NCBI GenBank assembly: GCA_030587475.2
Contig: JAUQYZ020000078.1
Location: 1-64,000 of the forward strand
Source: Candidatus Sigynarchaeum calidifontis
Lineage (GTDB): Archaea > Asgardarchaeota > Lokiarchaeia > Sigyniarchaeales > Sigyniarchaeaceae
Length of the DNA: 64,000 nt
Direction: 5' to 3'
Position numbers and translations under genes: made by a program. The notes beneath the pieces were generated by a model. The model was not told where the DNA came from. It saw nothing but the letters and a program-made list of their open reading frames with translations, and ran no database searches. Of the stretch, positions 1-9,403 are shown piece after piece (position 1 is the stretch's first letter; every line of letters begins with the position of its first letter).

Positions 1-318
1 ACGTTCCACGCCTCCGGAGATATGGCGCTTGAACACGCGGCCATACATGTCGACGTGCATGTCGTTGGCATCGAGTCTCGGGAGCCCAGGATCCGTATCC
101 ACGTGACGTGGTCCTTGTAACTCACATAAATCCACGCCCAGGCGCACGAGCGGGGTGATGTCTTGATCATTCACGATGCAAGCCTTGTTCTCGTCGCGTT
201 CCTTGCTGGCTGCATTGAAATTGTCCAGGAATCGATTGTTATATCCCGGAATGAATATCGGGACGCGATCGGGTGAATCGCCGTCGATGGCCTTGATGAT
301 GCGGTCTTGGACGTCCAT
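1..318 (-). CDS. Uroporphyrinogen decarboxylase/MtaA-CmuA-like protein, 5' part (runs off the window)
   Basis: Manual translation from ATG 318: MDVQDRIIKAIDGDSPDRVPIF...HVDMYGRVF, open to the window edge. The 'R(I/V)xxA...PDRVP' start is typical of URO-D-like proteins. Confidence 0.6.
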   Translation of the reverse strand, partial: MDVQDRIIKAIDGDSPDRVPIFIPGYNNRFLDNFNAASKERDENKACIVNDQDITPLVRLGVDLCELQGPRHVDTDPGLPRLDANDMHVDMYGRVFKRHISGGVER

Positions 319-474
319 GATGTTTATGCGAATGAATCAAATGATTAATATGCTTTAGAGCTTTGCAAAAAGGTATTCAGTGGCTATTTAAGGGCAAATT
401 TCAAATCTATCTTGGTTGATATTCGATTATGAAGAACGACTTGTGTCTAATCGATTTTACGTGAGATCACGACC

Positions 475-2316
475 ATGGCAAAAGCAGACAAATCTCTGAA
501 AAATGAAAAGGGCACGTCGCAATTCTCAGCCATGAAACGCCTCAAAGGCCTAGTGCCCAAAGTGGGCATCAGGCCAACCATCGATGGCCGGCGCAAAGGC
601 GTCCGCGAGTCGCTTGAAGACCAGACGATGAGCATGGCGAGATCAGTTGCAAAGCTTATTTCCACTTTAAAACACCCTGATGGATCCAACGTCGAATGCG
701 TTGTCTCCGACACGACGATCGGTGGTGTTGCGGAAGCAGCGGAGTGTGCAGCAAAATTCGCTCGCGAGGGCGTTGGGTTATCGATCACGGTGACACCTTG
801 CTGGTGTTACGGCACGGAAACGCTCGATGCTGACCCTTTCATTCCAAAAGCCATCTGGGGCTTCAACGGCACGGAGCGTCCTGGCGCCGTGTACCTCGCC
901 GCGGTCCTTGCGGGGCATACCCAGAAAGGCCTCCCTGCGTTCGGCATCTATGGCAAGGACGTGCAAGACGCCGGTACCACGGAAATTCCGGAAGACGTGA
1001 AGGAAAAGCTGCTCCGGTTCACACGGGCTGGACTCGCAGTTGCGTGGATGCGGGGGAAATCCTACTTGTCCATGGGTAGCGTGTCCATGGGCATCGCGGG
1101 CTCCATCGTGAACGAAGATTTATTCCAAGATTACCTCGGGATGCGCAACGAGTACATCGACCTGACGGAATTTTCCCGCCGCATCGACCTGGGCATCTAT
1201 GACAAGGAAGAGTTCGAGCGTGCCATCAAGTTCGTAAAAGCGAAATGCAAGGAGGGAAAAGATTACAACGCGCCCTCTGTCCAGAAAACCAGGGAGCAAA
1301 AAGACAAGGACTGGGAGACCGTTGTGAAAATGGCAATGATCGCGAGGGATCTCATGGTCGGGAACCCGCGTCTCGCCGAGCTCGGTTTCGGCGAAGAGGC
1401 CCTCGGCCACAATGCCATTTTGTCCGGTTTCCAGGGCCAGCGCCAATGGACCGACTATATGCCGAACGGCGACTTCCTCGAGACGATCCTCAACTCGTCG
1501 TTCGACTGGGACGGCCCCCGCCAGCCGTATCTCGTGGCCACGGAAAACGACAGCCTCAACGGCGTCGCGATGCTCTTCGGCCACTTGCTCACGGGAACGG
1601 CGCAAGTATTTGCCGACGTGCGCACGTACTGGAGTCCCGAGGCAGTCAAGCGGGTGACCGGCTTCCAGCTCGATGGCCTGGCCAAGAACGGGATCATCCA
1701 CTTGATCAATTCAGGAGCTGCTTGTCTCGACGGAACAGGCCAACAAACCGGAAAGGATGGCAAGCCTACAATCAAACCATTCTGGGAGATATCTGCAGAC
1801 GAAATTACCCGGTGCTTCGAGGTAACGTCGTTTTGCCCCGCGATCATCGAGTATTTCCGAGGCGGGGGCTTCTCCACCAGTTATTACACGAGAGGTGGAA
1901 TGCCTATCACGATGTCGCGGGTTAACATGGTCAAGGGACTCGGTCCCGTGCTCCAGCTGGCCGAGGGGTACTCGGTCGACCTACCGCCCGACGTGAGCGA
2001 GAAGCTTTCCGAGCGCACGAATCCCACGTGGCCGACCACGTGGTTCGTACCTATATTGACAGGAAAAGGCGCGTTCCGGGACGTGTATAGCGTCATGAAC
2101 GCGTGGGGTGCCAACCACGGCGCGTTCAGCGCCGGCCACATCGGCGCCGACTTGATCACGCTCGCATCCATGCTGCGCATTCCCGTGTGCATGCACAACG
2201 TACCCGATGAAAAGCTGTTCCGGCCAAGCGCATGGGACGCGTTCGGCACGAATGATCGCGAGGGAGCGGATTACCGCGCTTGCGCCAATTATGGCCCCTT
2301 GTATGGCAAAAAATGA
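475..2316 (+). CDS. fucI: L-fucose isomerase
   Basis: [58 protein letters not shown] motifs. Alternative start at 532. Confidence 0.96.
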   Translation: MAKADKSLKNEKGTSQFSAMKRLKGLVPKVGIRPTIDGRRKGVRESLEDQTMSMARSVAKLISTLKHPDGSNVECVVSDTTIGGVAEAAECAAKFAREGVGLSITVTPCWCYGTETLDADPFIPKAIWGFNGTERPGAVYLAAVLAGHTQKGLPAFGIYGKDVQDAGTTEIPEDVKEKLLRFTRAGLAVAWMRGKSYLSMGSVSMGIAGSIVNEDLFQDYLGMRNEYIDLTEFSRRIDLGIYDKEEFERAIKFVKAKCKEGKDYNAPSVQKTREQKDKDWETVVKMAMIARDLMVGNPRLAELGFGEEALGHNAILSGFQGQRQWTDYMPNGDFLETILNSSFDWDGPRQPYLVATENDSLNGVAMLFGHLLTGTAQVFADVRTYWSPEAVKRVTGFQLDGLAKNGIIHLINSGAACLDGTGQQTGKDGKPTIKPFWEISADEITRCFEVTSFCPAIIEYFRGGGFSTSYYTRGGMPITMSRVNMVKGLGPVLQLAEGYSVDLPPDVSEKLSERTNPTWPTTWFVPILTGKGAFRDVYSVMNAWGANHGAFSAGHIGADLITLASMLRIPVCMHNVPDEKLFRPSAWDAFGTNDREGADYRACANYGPLYGKK

Positions 2317-2349
2317 GAAGTACCCTTTTTTCATTAATCCTTGTTCTTG

Positions 2350-2913
2350 TTACTGCAAGCGTGCCCCGCAATTTTTACAAAACTGGCTGTCTATTTTATT
2401 ATCGACGCCGCAGTACGTGCACATCTTCCCTCCAGATTGCAGCATCGCAGGGGATGCTTGCTGGACAGTTGGCCGGGCGATCTGGTTGATCGATGGCACG
2501 CTCGTGGGTGGTTGCTGTCCCGGCTTCATCAAGCTCCCTGATTTCATGGCCGTCTTTAAAATTTTTTCTATCGGCTTTGGATCCGCGTTTTCCAGGTAGA
2601 AATACGTCCCGTTAATGGCAAGAAACTTGCGCCCGGAGACGCTGCCTTTCTTGACCTTGAATACTTGCCCGAGATAGATAGAGAATTGGAGCTTGTAACC
2701 AGGCGATTCTTGCTTCCCCGCGATGCTCTGGATGATTTTCTTCACCACGTTTTCCCGCCGGAAGAACACGACGCGCTGCGAGGTGATGATCAAGACACCC
2801 GCGTCGCCACCCGGCCTATTACGAACCGTGTAACCATATGTCTTGTATTGCCCGACGATTTGCTCGCCCGCCTCAGGAACGAACGGGACGTCGCCAAATA
2901 AGTTTGAAAACAT
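2350..2913 (-). CDS. PH-like (GRAM/bPH-type) domain protein with C-terminal zinc ribbon
   Basis: GE...GVLIITSQRVVF pattern, Pro/Gln linker, then CTYC-x10-CKNCG. Confidence 0.6.
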   Translation of the reverse strand: MFSNLFGDVPFVPEAGEQIVGQYKTYGYTVRNRPGGDAGVLIITSQRVVFFRRENVVKKIIQSIAGKQESPGYKLQFSIYLGQVFKVKKGSVSGRKFLAINGTYFYLENADPKPIEKILKTAMKSGSLMKPGQQPPTSVPSINQIARPTVQQASPAMLQSGGKMCTYCGVDNKIDSQFCKNCGARLQ

Positions 2914-3127
2914 GCTTTCATCCTTTCTACAGATCGATAATTTCCACGATTACTATTTAGATCGTGGCTTTTTAAGAATTACCAAGCATCACGAATGCAG
3001 AGGGGATCTAATCAACAGAATCAGAATTAGCGTCTGAAAATCTGGGATTATGCGCGAAAACGGGAATGGATTAATACCTTGCCCGATTTTCATCATCACC
3101 AAATACATTTACAAAGCGATGAGAAAA

Positions 3128-3631
3128 ATGCCCGTTGAAAAAGGCAACCAATGTGAAGTTGAATACACCGGGACGTTCGAGGATGGAACGGTGTTCGATA
3201 GCACGGCCGAGCACGGGGGGAAACCGCTAGTCTTCCTCGTGGGCGTTGGTATGATGATACCGGGGTTTGACGCCGCCGTCATCGGCATGGAAAAAGGCCA
3301 GGAAAAGGAGATCACCTTGCAACCGAAGGATGCGTATGGCGAATACGATCCCGAAGCAGTGCAAACCATCCCGTTGGACAAGTTCCCGAAAGACTTCAAG
3401 CCCGAGAAGGGCATGATGCTCCACCTCGGCACGCCCGACCGCCATCATTTCGAAGCAAAAGTCGTTGAAGTCGGCAAGGACTCGGTCAAGCTAGACATGA
3501 ACCACGAGCTGGCCGGCAAGGTCTTGAAATTCAAGCTCAAGGTGGTCGATTACGGTGAGCCCGACGACCGCTGGAACCATTCGTGCGGCCCCGGTTGTGG
3601 CGACAGTTGTGGCGATGGCTGTTGTCATTAA
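3128..3631 (+). CDS. slyD: FKBP-type peptidyl-prolyl isomerase, SlyD-like, with Cys/His tail
   Basis: VEYTGTFEDGTVFDS, MIPGFD, PKDAYGE, DMNHELAGKVLKF; tail HSCGPGCGDSCGDGCCH. Confidence 0.9.
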   Translation: MPVEKGNQCEVEYTGTFEDGTVFDSTAEHGGKPLVFLVGVGMMIPGFDAAVIGMEKGQEKEITLQPKDAYGEYDPEAVQTIPLDKFPKDFKPEKGMMLHLGTPDRHHFEAKVVEVGKDSVKLDMNHELAGKVLKFKLKVVDYGEPDDRWNHSCGPGCGDSCGDGCCH

Positions 3632-3646
3632 TATATTCTCTTTTTT

Positions 3647-5131
3647 TCACCGTTCCCCCGTATCCGAAAGAAGGACTTTTTTCCCGTTTTCCACGCTGGC
3701 GTGGCGCTTGATCCCGTCCACGTCGAGCTTGCAATCGATCGTATCCGTGGATTTTTTCGGGAACATTTCCAGGCTTGCCTTGAAAAACGGCATCGTGACG
3801 CGGATGGGCTTGCCTTGTTCGATCCAGGATCGCGGTAGGTGCGGTTCGATGTACCACGCATCTCCATCTTTTTGCAAGCCGATGACATCTTCCACGAGCA
3901 ATGTATTCGCGAGCGCGGTCCAACCCGCGAAATGCTTGACTGGCTTGCTGCCAAGCGTGATCTGCTTGTAGAGATTTCCCTTCTTTCTGCTAAGCTCACG
4001 CAAATCGTGGCGATCGGGGTCATAAAATTCATAAAACGAGCCCTCGTTTCGCCACGTCTCGTAAACTCCCTTGCACAAGCGATATGCCATGTTTCCCGCA
4101 AGATCGCCATGCTGCTGCTGTTTCAAGCCCTTGATGACCATATATGCCGTGTTCATCCAGACAGGGCCCCGCCACATGTCCTTGATAAATTCGGGTGCAT
4201 CCCTGGCTACCGTGGGCAGCGGGACGAGCGTGTCGTACTTGTGGGGATCCGAGAGCCGTGCGACGATTTTTTCGACTTTTGACGCGTCCAGCCCATCCAT
4301 GATAAGCGGGAAATAGCTGGCAATCGTGTCCATAGGAATAAGCTTACCGGCGCGGAAATCCAGATCATAAAACAAGCCAGTCTTCGGGTCCCACGATCGT
4401 TCCTCGATCGCGTTTCGAATCCGGGCGAGTCCCTTCTCGAAACGTTCAAAACCATCCGTCATCGAGAACCGGTTTATGATCCGGAGGATCGACGCGTGCT
4501 CGAGCGCCATCTCCGCATTTAAATCGATCGCTCCGAGATGCTTGGTGCCGTAATCCTCTTTCTCGTCCACCGACCTGAAGCGAGGGGAGTTGTCGATGCC
4601 ACTTTCATAGCTGTCGATCCAGAAGTAAAGACCGTAGTCCTTGTTGAACCTGTTTTCATCACGCCACGTGATGAAACGATTGCAAGGTTCCAAAAACTTT
4701 TTCGCGACATCGAGATCGGGACGCCACGCCAAGGCTTGATCCAACGCCCATTCCAGAAACGGCGGGTTCGAGAGCTTGCTCACTATTTTTCCCCAAAATA
4801 CCATGTGGGGCATTCTTCCGTCGATTGCTTGGAAATCAACGAATGGTGTTAAAATTTTCGTAGCAACGCACGGATCCCAGATTTTCCACGCCATGGCGAT
4901 GAATGAGCTGTCCCACAAATATGCCCCAGGGAATTTCGGGGCTGGACGAACCCACGGCGTTGAAAAATCGCCGACGGGAGGCATCAAGTTATACAACATC
5001 TCGTCACACAATGCATCGAATCCCTTCACGATTGTCTCGTCGGGTACGTCCACTCGTGGCTTCTGGGCGATGCAAAAATCGAATTTTCTCTTTTTTAAGG
5101 CGAAAAGAGCGTCCAACATGGTAAGCGACAT
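3647..5131 (-). CDS. GH63/MGH1-like (alpha/alpha)6 glycoside hydrolase
   Basis: YLWDS, DGRMPH, ESGIDNSPRF, MWRGPVW, FYEFYDP motifs. Confidence 0.85.
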   Translation of the reverse strand: MSLTMLDALFALKKRKFDFCIAQKPRVDVPDETIVKGFDALCDEMLYNLMPPVGDFSTPWVRPAPKFPGAYLWDSSFIAMAWKIWDPCVATKILTPFVDFQAIDGRMPHMVFWGKIVSKLSNPPFLEWALDQALAWRPDLDVAKKFLEPCNRFITWRDENRFNKDYGLYFWIDSYESGIDNSPRFRSVDEKEDYGTKHLGAIDLNAEMALEHASILRIINRFSMTDGFERFEKGLARIRNAIEERSWDPKTGLFYDLDFRAGKLIPMDTIASYFPLIMDGLDASKVEKIVARLSDPHKYDTLVPLPTVARDAPEFIKDMWRGPVWMNTAYMVIKGLKQQQHGDLAGNMAYRLCKGVYETWRNEGSFYEFYDPDRHDLRELSRKKGNLYKQITLGSKPVKHFAGWTALANTLLVEDVIGLQKDGDAWYIEPHLPRSWIEQGKPIRVTMPFFKASLEMFPKKSTDTIDCKLDVDGIKRHASVENGKKVLLSDTGER

Positions 5132-5241
5132 GTCGGCGGGAAAATTCTAAAACATTCCCGTCGTTAATGAACTGCAAGGCAGATTCTATTTTCATCTAGA
5201 ACGCCATGATCGTGCTGTTGATTAACGAGTTGGGCATTCCA

Positions 5242-6570
5242 ATGCGTGACAAAGAAGAGTTGGACTCGAAAGCCACCTATTTAGTAGAAAAAGCAGATCA
5301 ATTACTCCACGATGGTAAACGAAACAAGGCGATGAAAAATCTCATCGAAGCCGCTGACCTCTATGAAAAAATCGCCCGGATGGATCCTCCTTCGTGGCAA
5401 CCAGCGCTGAAATTGGCCATGGAGTATCTCGTCACGACGGCACGCCTCCTGGTCGAGGACGAGGCATTCATGTCCGCTGCGCGGGTGCAAACGCGCCTTG
5501 GCAATGTGGCGATAATGCTGGCCGACTACAAGAACGCCGCTGATTATTATAATGTCGCGGCGAAATATGCCTTGAAGGATAACAAGCCCGATCCCGTGAT
5601 CATCATCCACGCGAGTGCAATGTATTGCTTTCTCACGTACTTGCAAGCTGAATACGAGAAATCAACAGATTTTTTGAAGAAGATACTCGGCATGTTCGAC
5701 ACGGGCAAGGTTAACTCGTTCAATATTTTCTCTGTCTTGAGAGACTTTTACAAGCCAGGTCTGGACAAGAAAATCCCGAAAATCAACATCTCTGACGGCG
5801 AGCTTGCTAAGGAAGGCTTTTCTGGCGAGGAAATCCAGGTCATCAAGGCTGCCACGGCTGCACGCGCGACGCTCGACGCGTCCACCTTCACGTTCTCGAT
5901 CGAGCCTCCAAAAGGGGAACCTGGATACGTTGCCGGGGAGGAAATCGTGGCCATCCTAGATGTTATGATCGTTCTCGACGATGCCTTGAAACCCATTTCG
6001 AAACCGTTTTCGATCAAGAACATCATCGTGGAAAAAAGCAGCGACTTGACTATCATCAAGAATTTTCCAGCCCCGGTCGAGATCCCAGCAAGTGGACACG
6101 CTGTTCTCAAGGAGGAATTCAAGTCCTACCATGCTGGCAGTAACCAGATAGGGCCGATACATGTTGAAATCAACATCGGGCCCTTCAGCATGAAGAAAAG
6201 CGTGGACGGGAAGAAGTTCACCATCCACGGCCGCCCGGTAAATATGGTCATCACCTGCGAGAAGTTACAAGAGCCTCTCGTGGGAAAACCGTTCCCCCTC
6301 AAGATAGAGATAACCAACGACAGCCATGGCGATGCAAACAACGTGGAAGTCGATGTCGAGATGCCGGGTGAGCAGCTGCAAATCGTTCGAGGCACCTTGA
6401 AGAAAAAATTCCTTTCACTCGCAGGAGGGGAATCCGGCTCCTGGGAGATGCAGATCGTTCCTGCACAGGAGGGAAAGTCCGCCGTGAAGATCACGGTCAA
6501 TTACAAGGACGCGAACGGGCGGCAAGCCGAGCCCGTGGTTCATGAAGAGTTCATCGACGTGAAGATGTGA
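5242..6570 (+). CDS. alpha-SNAP/TPR-like helical domain fused to two Ig-like beta-sandwich domains
   Basis: EAADLYEKIA...FMSAAR...DYKNAADYYNVAAKY helical repeats; C-terminal beta-rich VGKPFPLKIEITN...VNYKD. Confidence 0.6.
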   Translation: MRDKEELDSKATYLVEKADQLLHDGKRNKAMKNLIEAADLYEKIARMDPPSWQPALKLAMEYLVTTARLLVEDEAFMSAARVQTRLGNVAIMLADYKNAADYYNVAAKYALKDNKPDPVIIIHASAMYCFLTYLQAEYEKSTDFLKKILGMFDTGKVNSFNIFSVLRDFYKPGLDKKIPKINISDGELAKEGFSGEEIQVIKAATAARATLDASTFTFSIEPPKGEPGYVAGEEIVAILDVMIVLDDALKPISKPFSIKNIIVEKSSDLTIIKNFPAPVEIPASGHAVLKEEFKSYHAGSNQIGPIHVEINIGPFSMKKSVDGKKFTIHGRPVNMVITCEKLQEPLVGKPFPLKIEITNDSHGDANNVEVDVEMPGEQLQIVRGTLKKKFLSLAGGESGSWEMQIVPAQEGKSAVKITVNYKDANGRQAEPVVHEEFIDVKM

Positions 6571-7430
6571 AACTCCTCATTTTTCATCTCTTTTTGCATG
6601 AATTCCTTGAGTTCCATGAACGTGTATTCATCCTTCATGTCCCGTGCCACGATGAAAGCGGGCATCGTGCGTTTCAAGAAATCGAGAAGTCTATCCATCG
6701 CAGCTGCGCATGTACGTTCGCATTCGAGGAACGTGATGCTACAACATGGCTCGCAAAACTGCTTGAAGCTCAAGCTCCGCCCTTCCGCGAGCAGTGGTTC
6801 AAAGCCAGCCCATGTCTCCTTGATGCCCGCTATGCAGCTCGGTTTTTCCTGGACGAGCATTCGCGCGAAGCGGCCTTCCAATGCACCCGTGACGGATTTC
6901 ACGAGATCCCGCTTCAACTTGTCCCGTTCGGCGATGCAATACCGCTTGTAAACCGCCATCAATCTTTCGCAAGCGGTGCCGGTTGTCTTGTCCTTCACGT
7001 GCCACGGGCCAGCTCCAGCCTTGCACGTTTCTGCTCCCGTCGTATACCCGGCGGGGTACACCGCGCATTGCGGGGGCCGTGTGTCCAAGTCATCAACGTA
7101 AATTTGGCAGCCATACAATGACGGGGAAAAAAAGGTGCACTTGTTCGTGTCCGGATTCACGTTCAGCTTCCATGCAAACACGTCCCCCCGCCTGACATCA
7201 TTCGACCCGAGCCGACCTTGTTCGATATACCTCGCCGCGAGCAAGTGGGGGATGTCTATCATGATGCTGCAGCAATTATTGTTGCATACGGATCGATCGG
7301 TACAGTTCGGCCCCTCTACATTTCCTAGCATAGCATGGTTAAAGGCTGCAATCAACTCGAAAACATCCCTCTCTTCCAAAATTTCCTTCGATTCGAGGTT
7401 TATGGCTAGCTGATCGATCGGCGCGTTCAT
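6540..7430 (-). CDS. YkgJ/UPF0153-like cysteine-cluster protein
   Basis: C-x5-CNNNCC, CTFF, CQIY...RPPQCAVYP, plus a second Cys cluster near the C-terminus. Confidence 0.65.
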   Translation of the reverse strand: MNAPIDQLAINLESKEILEERDVFELIAAFNHAMLGNVEGPNCTDRSVCNNNCCSIMIDIPHLLAARYIEQGRLGSNDVRRGDVFAWKLNVNPDTNKCTFFSPSLYGCQIYVDDLDTRPPQCAVYPAGYTTGAETCKAGAGPWHVKDKTTGTACERLMAVYKRYCIAERDKLKRDLVKSVTGALEGRFARMLVQEKPSCIAGIKETWAGFEPLLAEGRSLSFKQFCEPCCSITFLECERTCAAAMDRLLDFLKRTMPAFIVARDMKDEYTFMELKEFMQKEMKNEEFHIFTSMNSS

Positions 7431-7622
7431 CCGAGGCTCGATATGACCTTCCGTAGGTTTTTTTTATACTTGATTGTATTATAGAAGATGGAATACCGTA
7501 TTGCGAATTGGCGCTCCGGTCGCGAACCATGGCACAAGAGAATATATTTTCCCTCTACGCTTTGGGGGTCCCGATCGCGTGGCAGGTCTTGAAGGAACAA
7601 GGCCGCACGGGAAATGAGGGCA

Positions 7623-9296
7623 TTATTCCCTTGTAAAATCCAGCTTGAGCGGGTTCTCATCGATCCCTGGCAATTTCTCCTTCCGAGGATCCTTGCCCTC
7701 GATTTGTGGATGTTTCTTCATGATGCGCTCGTTATTATTACGAGCCTCGGTTCGCTCTTTCTTGTCACGGCTTATTTGAAGTACCTGGTTGAAACAGAAA
7801 TAAGCAAAGTCGTCTTGGCGGGTCTTGACGAAGATTTTTCCGAGCTTTAACCATGCATCGGGCATGAAACGGGACTGGTTCAAGGCATTGACCAGATAAC
7901 GGATGGCGGTCTGGTAATCGCCGAGCTCGTCGTACAAGGAACTCAAGTTAAGCATCGTGTCCACTTCGTTCGGCTTGTATTTCAGCGAGTTCTTAAAGCA
8001 TTCGATGCTCTTCGCTTTCTCGTCGATGTCGTAGAAAACGAGTGCTAAATTAAACCATGCTTGCCAAGCATCGTATTTCACCTCGATTGCTTTCTTGAAG
8101 TTGATCACGGCGTCATAATACTGCTTCTTCCGATAGTATTTCTCCCCCTTGTTGAAAAAATCGCCGAATTCCTTTAAATCAACATCAACTTCCGCTGTCC
8201 CGGGTGTTGCATCCGTGCCACCCCTGCTTGCTGAATTTGACGCGTTGGGCACCTTTTCATGATCAACCGGCGGGACTTTCTCTTGTTTAGCCATGGTCTT
8301 GCTCTGCTGCAAAGCGGCTTCATCTGCTCCCTGGTTGGCTAGATCGTTTTGCGAGCCTCGGGTAGCACTTGTATGGTTGCCATGTTGCGTGGCCGTGGCT
8401 GCAACAGCGTTGTTTGCTTCGATACTTGATTCATAGGCGTAATCCTCCTTGATCTTGGAAGAAGGCTCCGCTTCTTTGTCGGTTGCTTGGTTGGGGTTCG
8501 AAACTGACTCCTTGAGCTTGGACAATTTTTCCTGGTTCCAGAGGTCGATGATTTCCCACAATTCCTTGCCCTCGTAGTCCGGAAATGTCCACAACACCTT
8601 CACGAAATCCCGGTCGATGAATACGCTTTCGTCGGTGAATGCCTTGATGATAGGTTCGATGACTTGCTTGTCCCCAAACGAAACAAGTGCCTTGATGACG
8701 AACTTGCGCACGAACACTTTCTCATCATCCAAAGCCTCGATAAGGTATTTTATCGCCCGGGGATCGCCAAGCTTGCCAAGCGCCTTTGCAGCTTCCACTC
8801 GCGTGTTTGGATTCTTTGCATCGATGAGGTATTCAACGAGTTGTTCTAGCGCTGACTTTTTCCCGTGACTTAACCTGTCGATGGCGAAGATTGCCGTGAT
8901 CTTGGTGCGATCATCTTCCTGAGGATCGTCCCTTATTTTTTCAAGAACCGGGATGGCGGAAGGATCGTCTAATTCGCCTAGAGATTCGATGATAGCCGTT
9001 AGGACGAGAGGAGATTTCTCCGTGGTCATTTTACGCAAGAGCAACTGGGGTAATTCCTTGTAATCGTGGATCTTTTCGAGAGCATAGATCGCGGCCGCAC
9101 GCACGTAGTCCGTGTCGTGGTCCAGGAATGGCAAGAGGAATGGGATGGCCTTCTTGTCGGCCAGGTTGCCGATCTTGTCGATCGTGTTCTTCAATTTCGA
9201 GGCGGATTCCTTGCCCTTGCTGGAACAGATCGAATTTAGCTCCTCCAGCAACTCGTCGATATATTTGCCTCGAACCTTCGGCGCCAGTTGGAACAC
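7623..9296 (-). CDS. HEAT-repeat + TPR-repeat protein
   Basis: N-terminal VRAAAIYALEK / RVEAAKALGKLGDPRAI repeats, low-complexity linker, TPRs (AWFNLALVFY, AWLKLGKIF). Confidence 0.85.
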   Translation of the reverse strand: MFQLAPKVRGKYIDELLEELNSICSSKGKESASKLKNTIDKIGNLADKKAIPFLLPFLDHDTDYVRAAAIYALEKIHDYKELPQLLLRKMTTEKSPLVLTAIIESLGELDDPSAIPVLEKIRDDPQEDDRTKITAIFAIDRLSHGKKSALEQLVEYLIDAKNPNTRVEAAKALGKLGDPRAIKYLIEALDDEKVFVRKFVIKALVSFGDKQVIEPIIKAFTDESVFIDRDFVKVLWTFPDYEGKELWEIIDLWNQEKLSKLKESVSNPNQATDKEAEPSSKIKEDYAYESSIEANNAVAATATQHGNHTSATRGSQNDLANQGADEAALQQSKTMAKQEKVPPVDHEKVPNASNSASRGGTDATPGTAEVDVDLKEFGDFFNKGEKYYRKKQYYDAVINFKKAIEVKYDAWQAWFNLALVFYDIDEKAKSIECFKNSLKYKPNEVDTMLNLSSLYDELGDYQTAIRYLVNALNQSRFMPDAWLKLGKIFVKTRQDDFAYFCFNQVLQISRDKKERTEARNNNERIMKKHPQIEGKDPRKEKLPGIDENPLKLDFTRE

Positions 9297-9403
9297 CGCG
9301 ATCGATGTCGAATAAATCCTTAGGAGGAATGAATATATGGAATTAATATATAACCAACATGCAATAGCAACGCATATCTCAGCTTAATTCTTCGTGAATC
9401 ACC

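Noticed and set aside
6540-6570. 31-bp 3' overlap of convergent genes
   Set aside because: Common in compact archaeal genomes; no sign of a special function.
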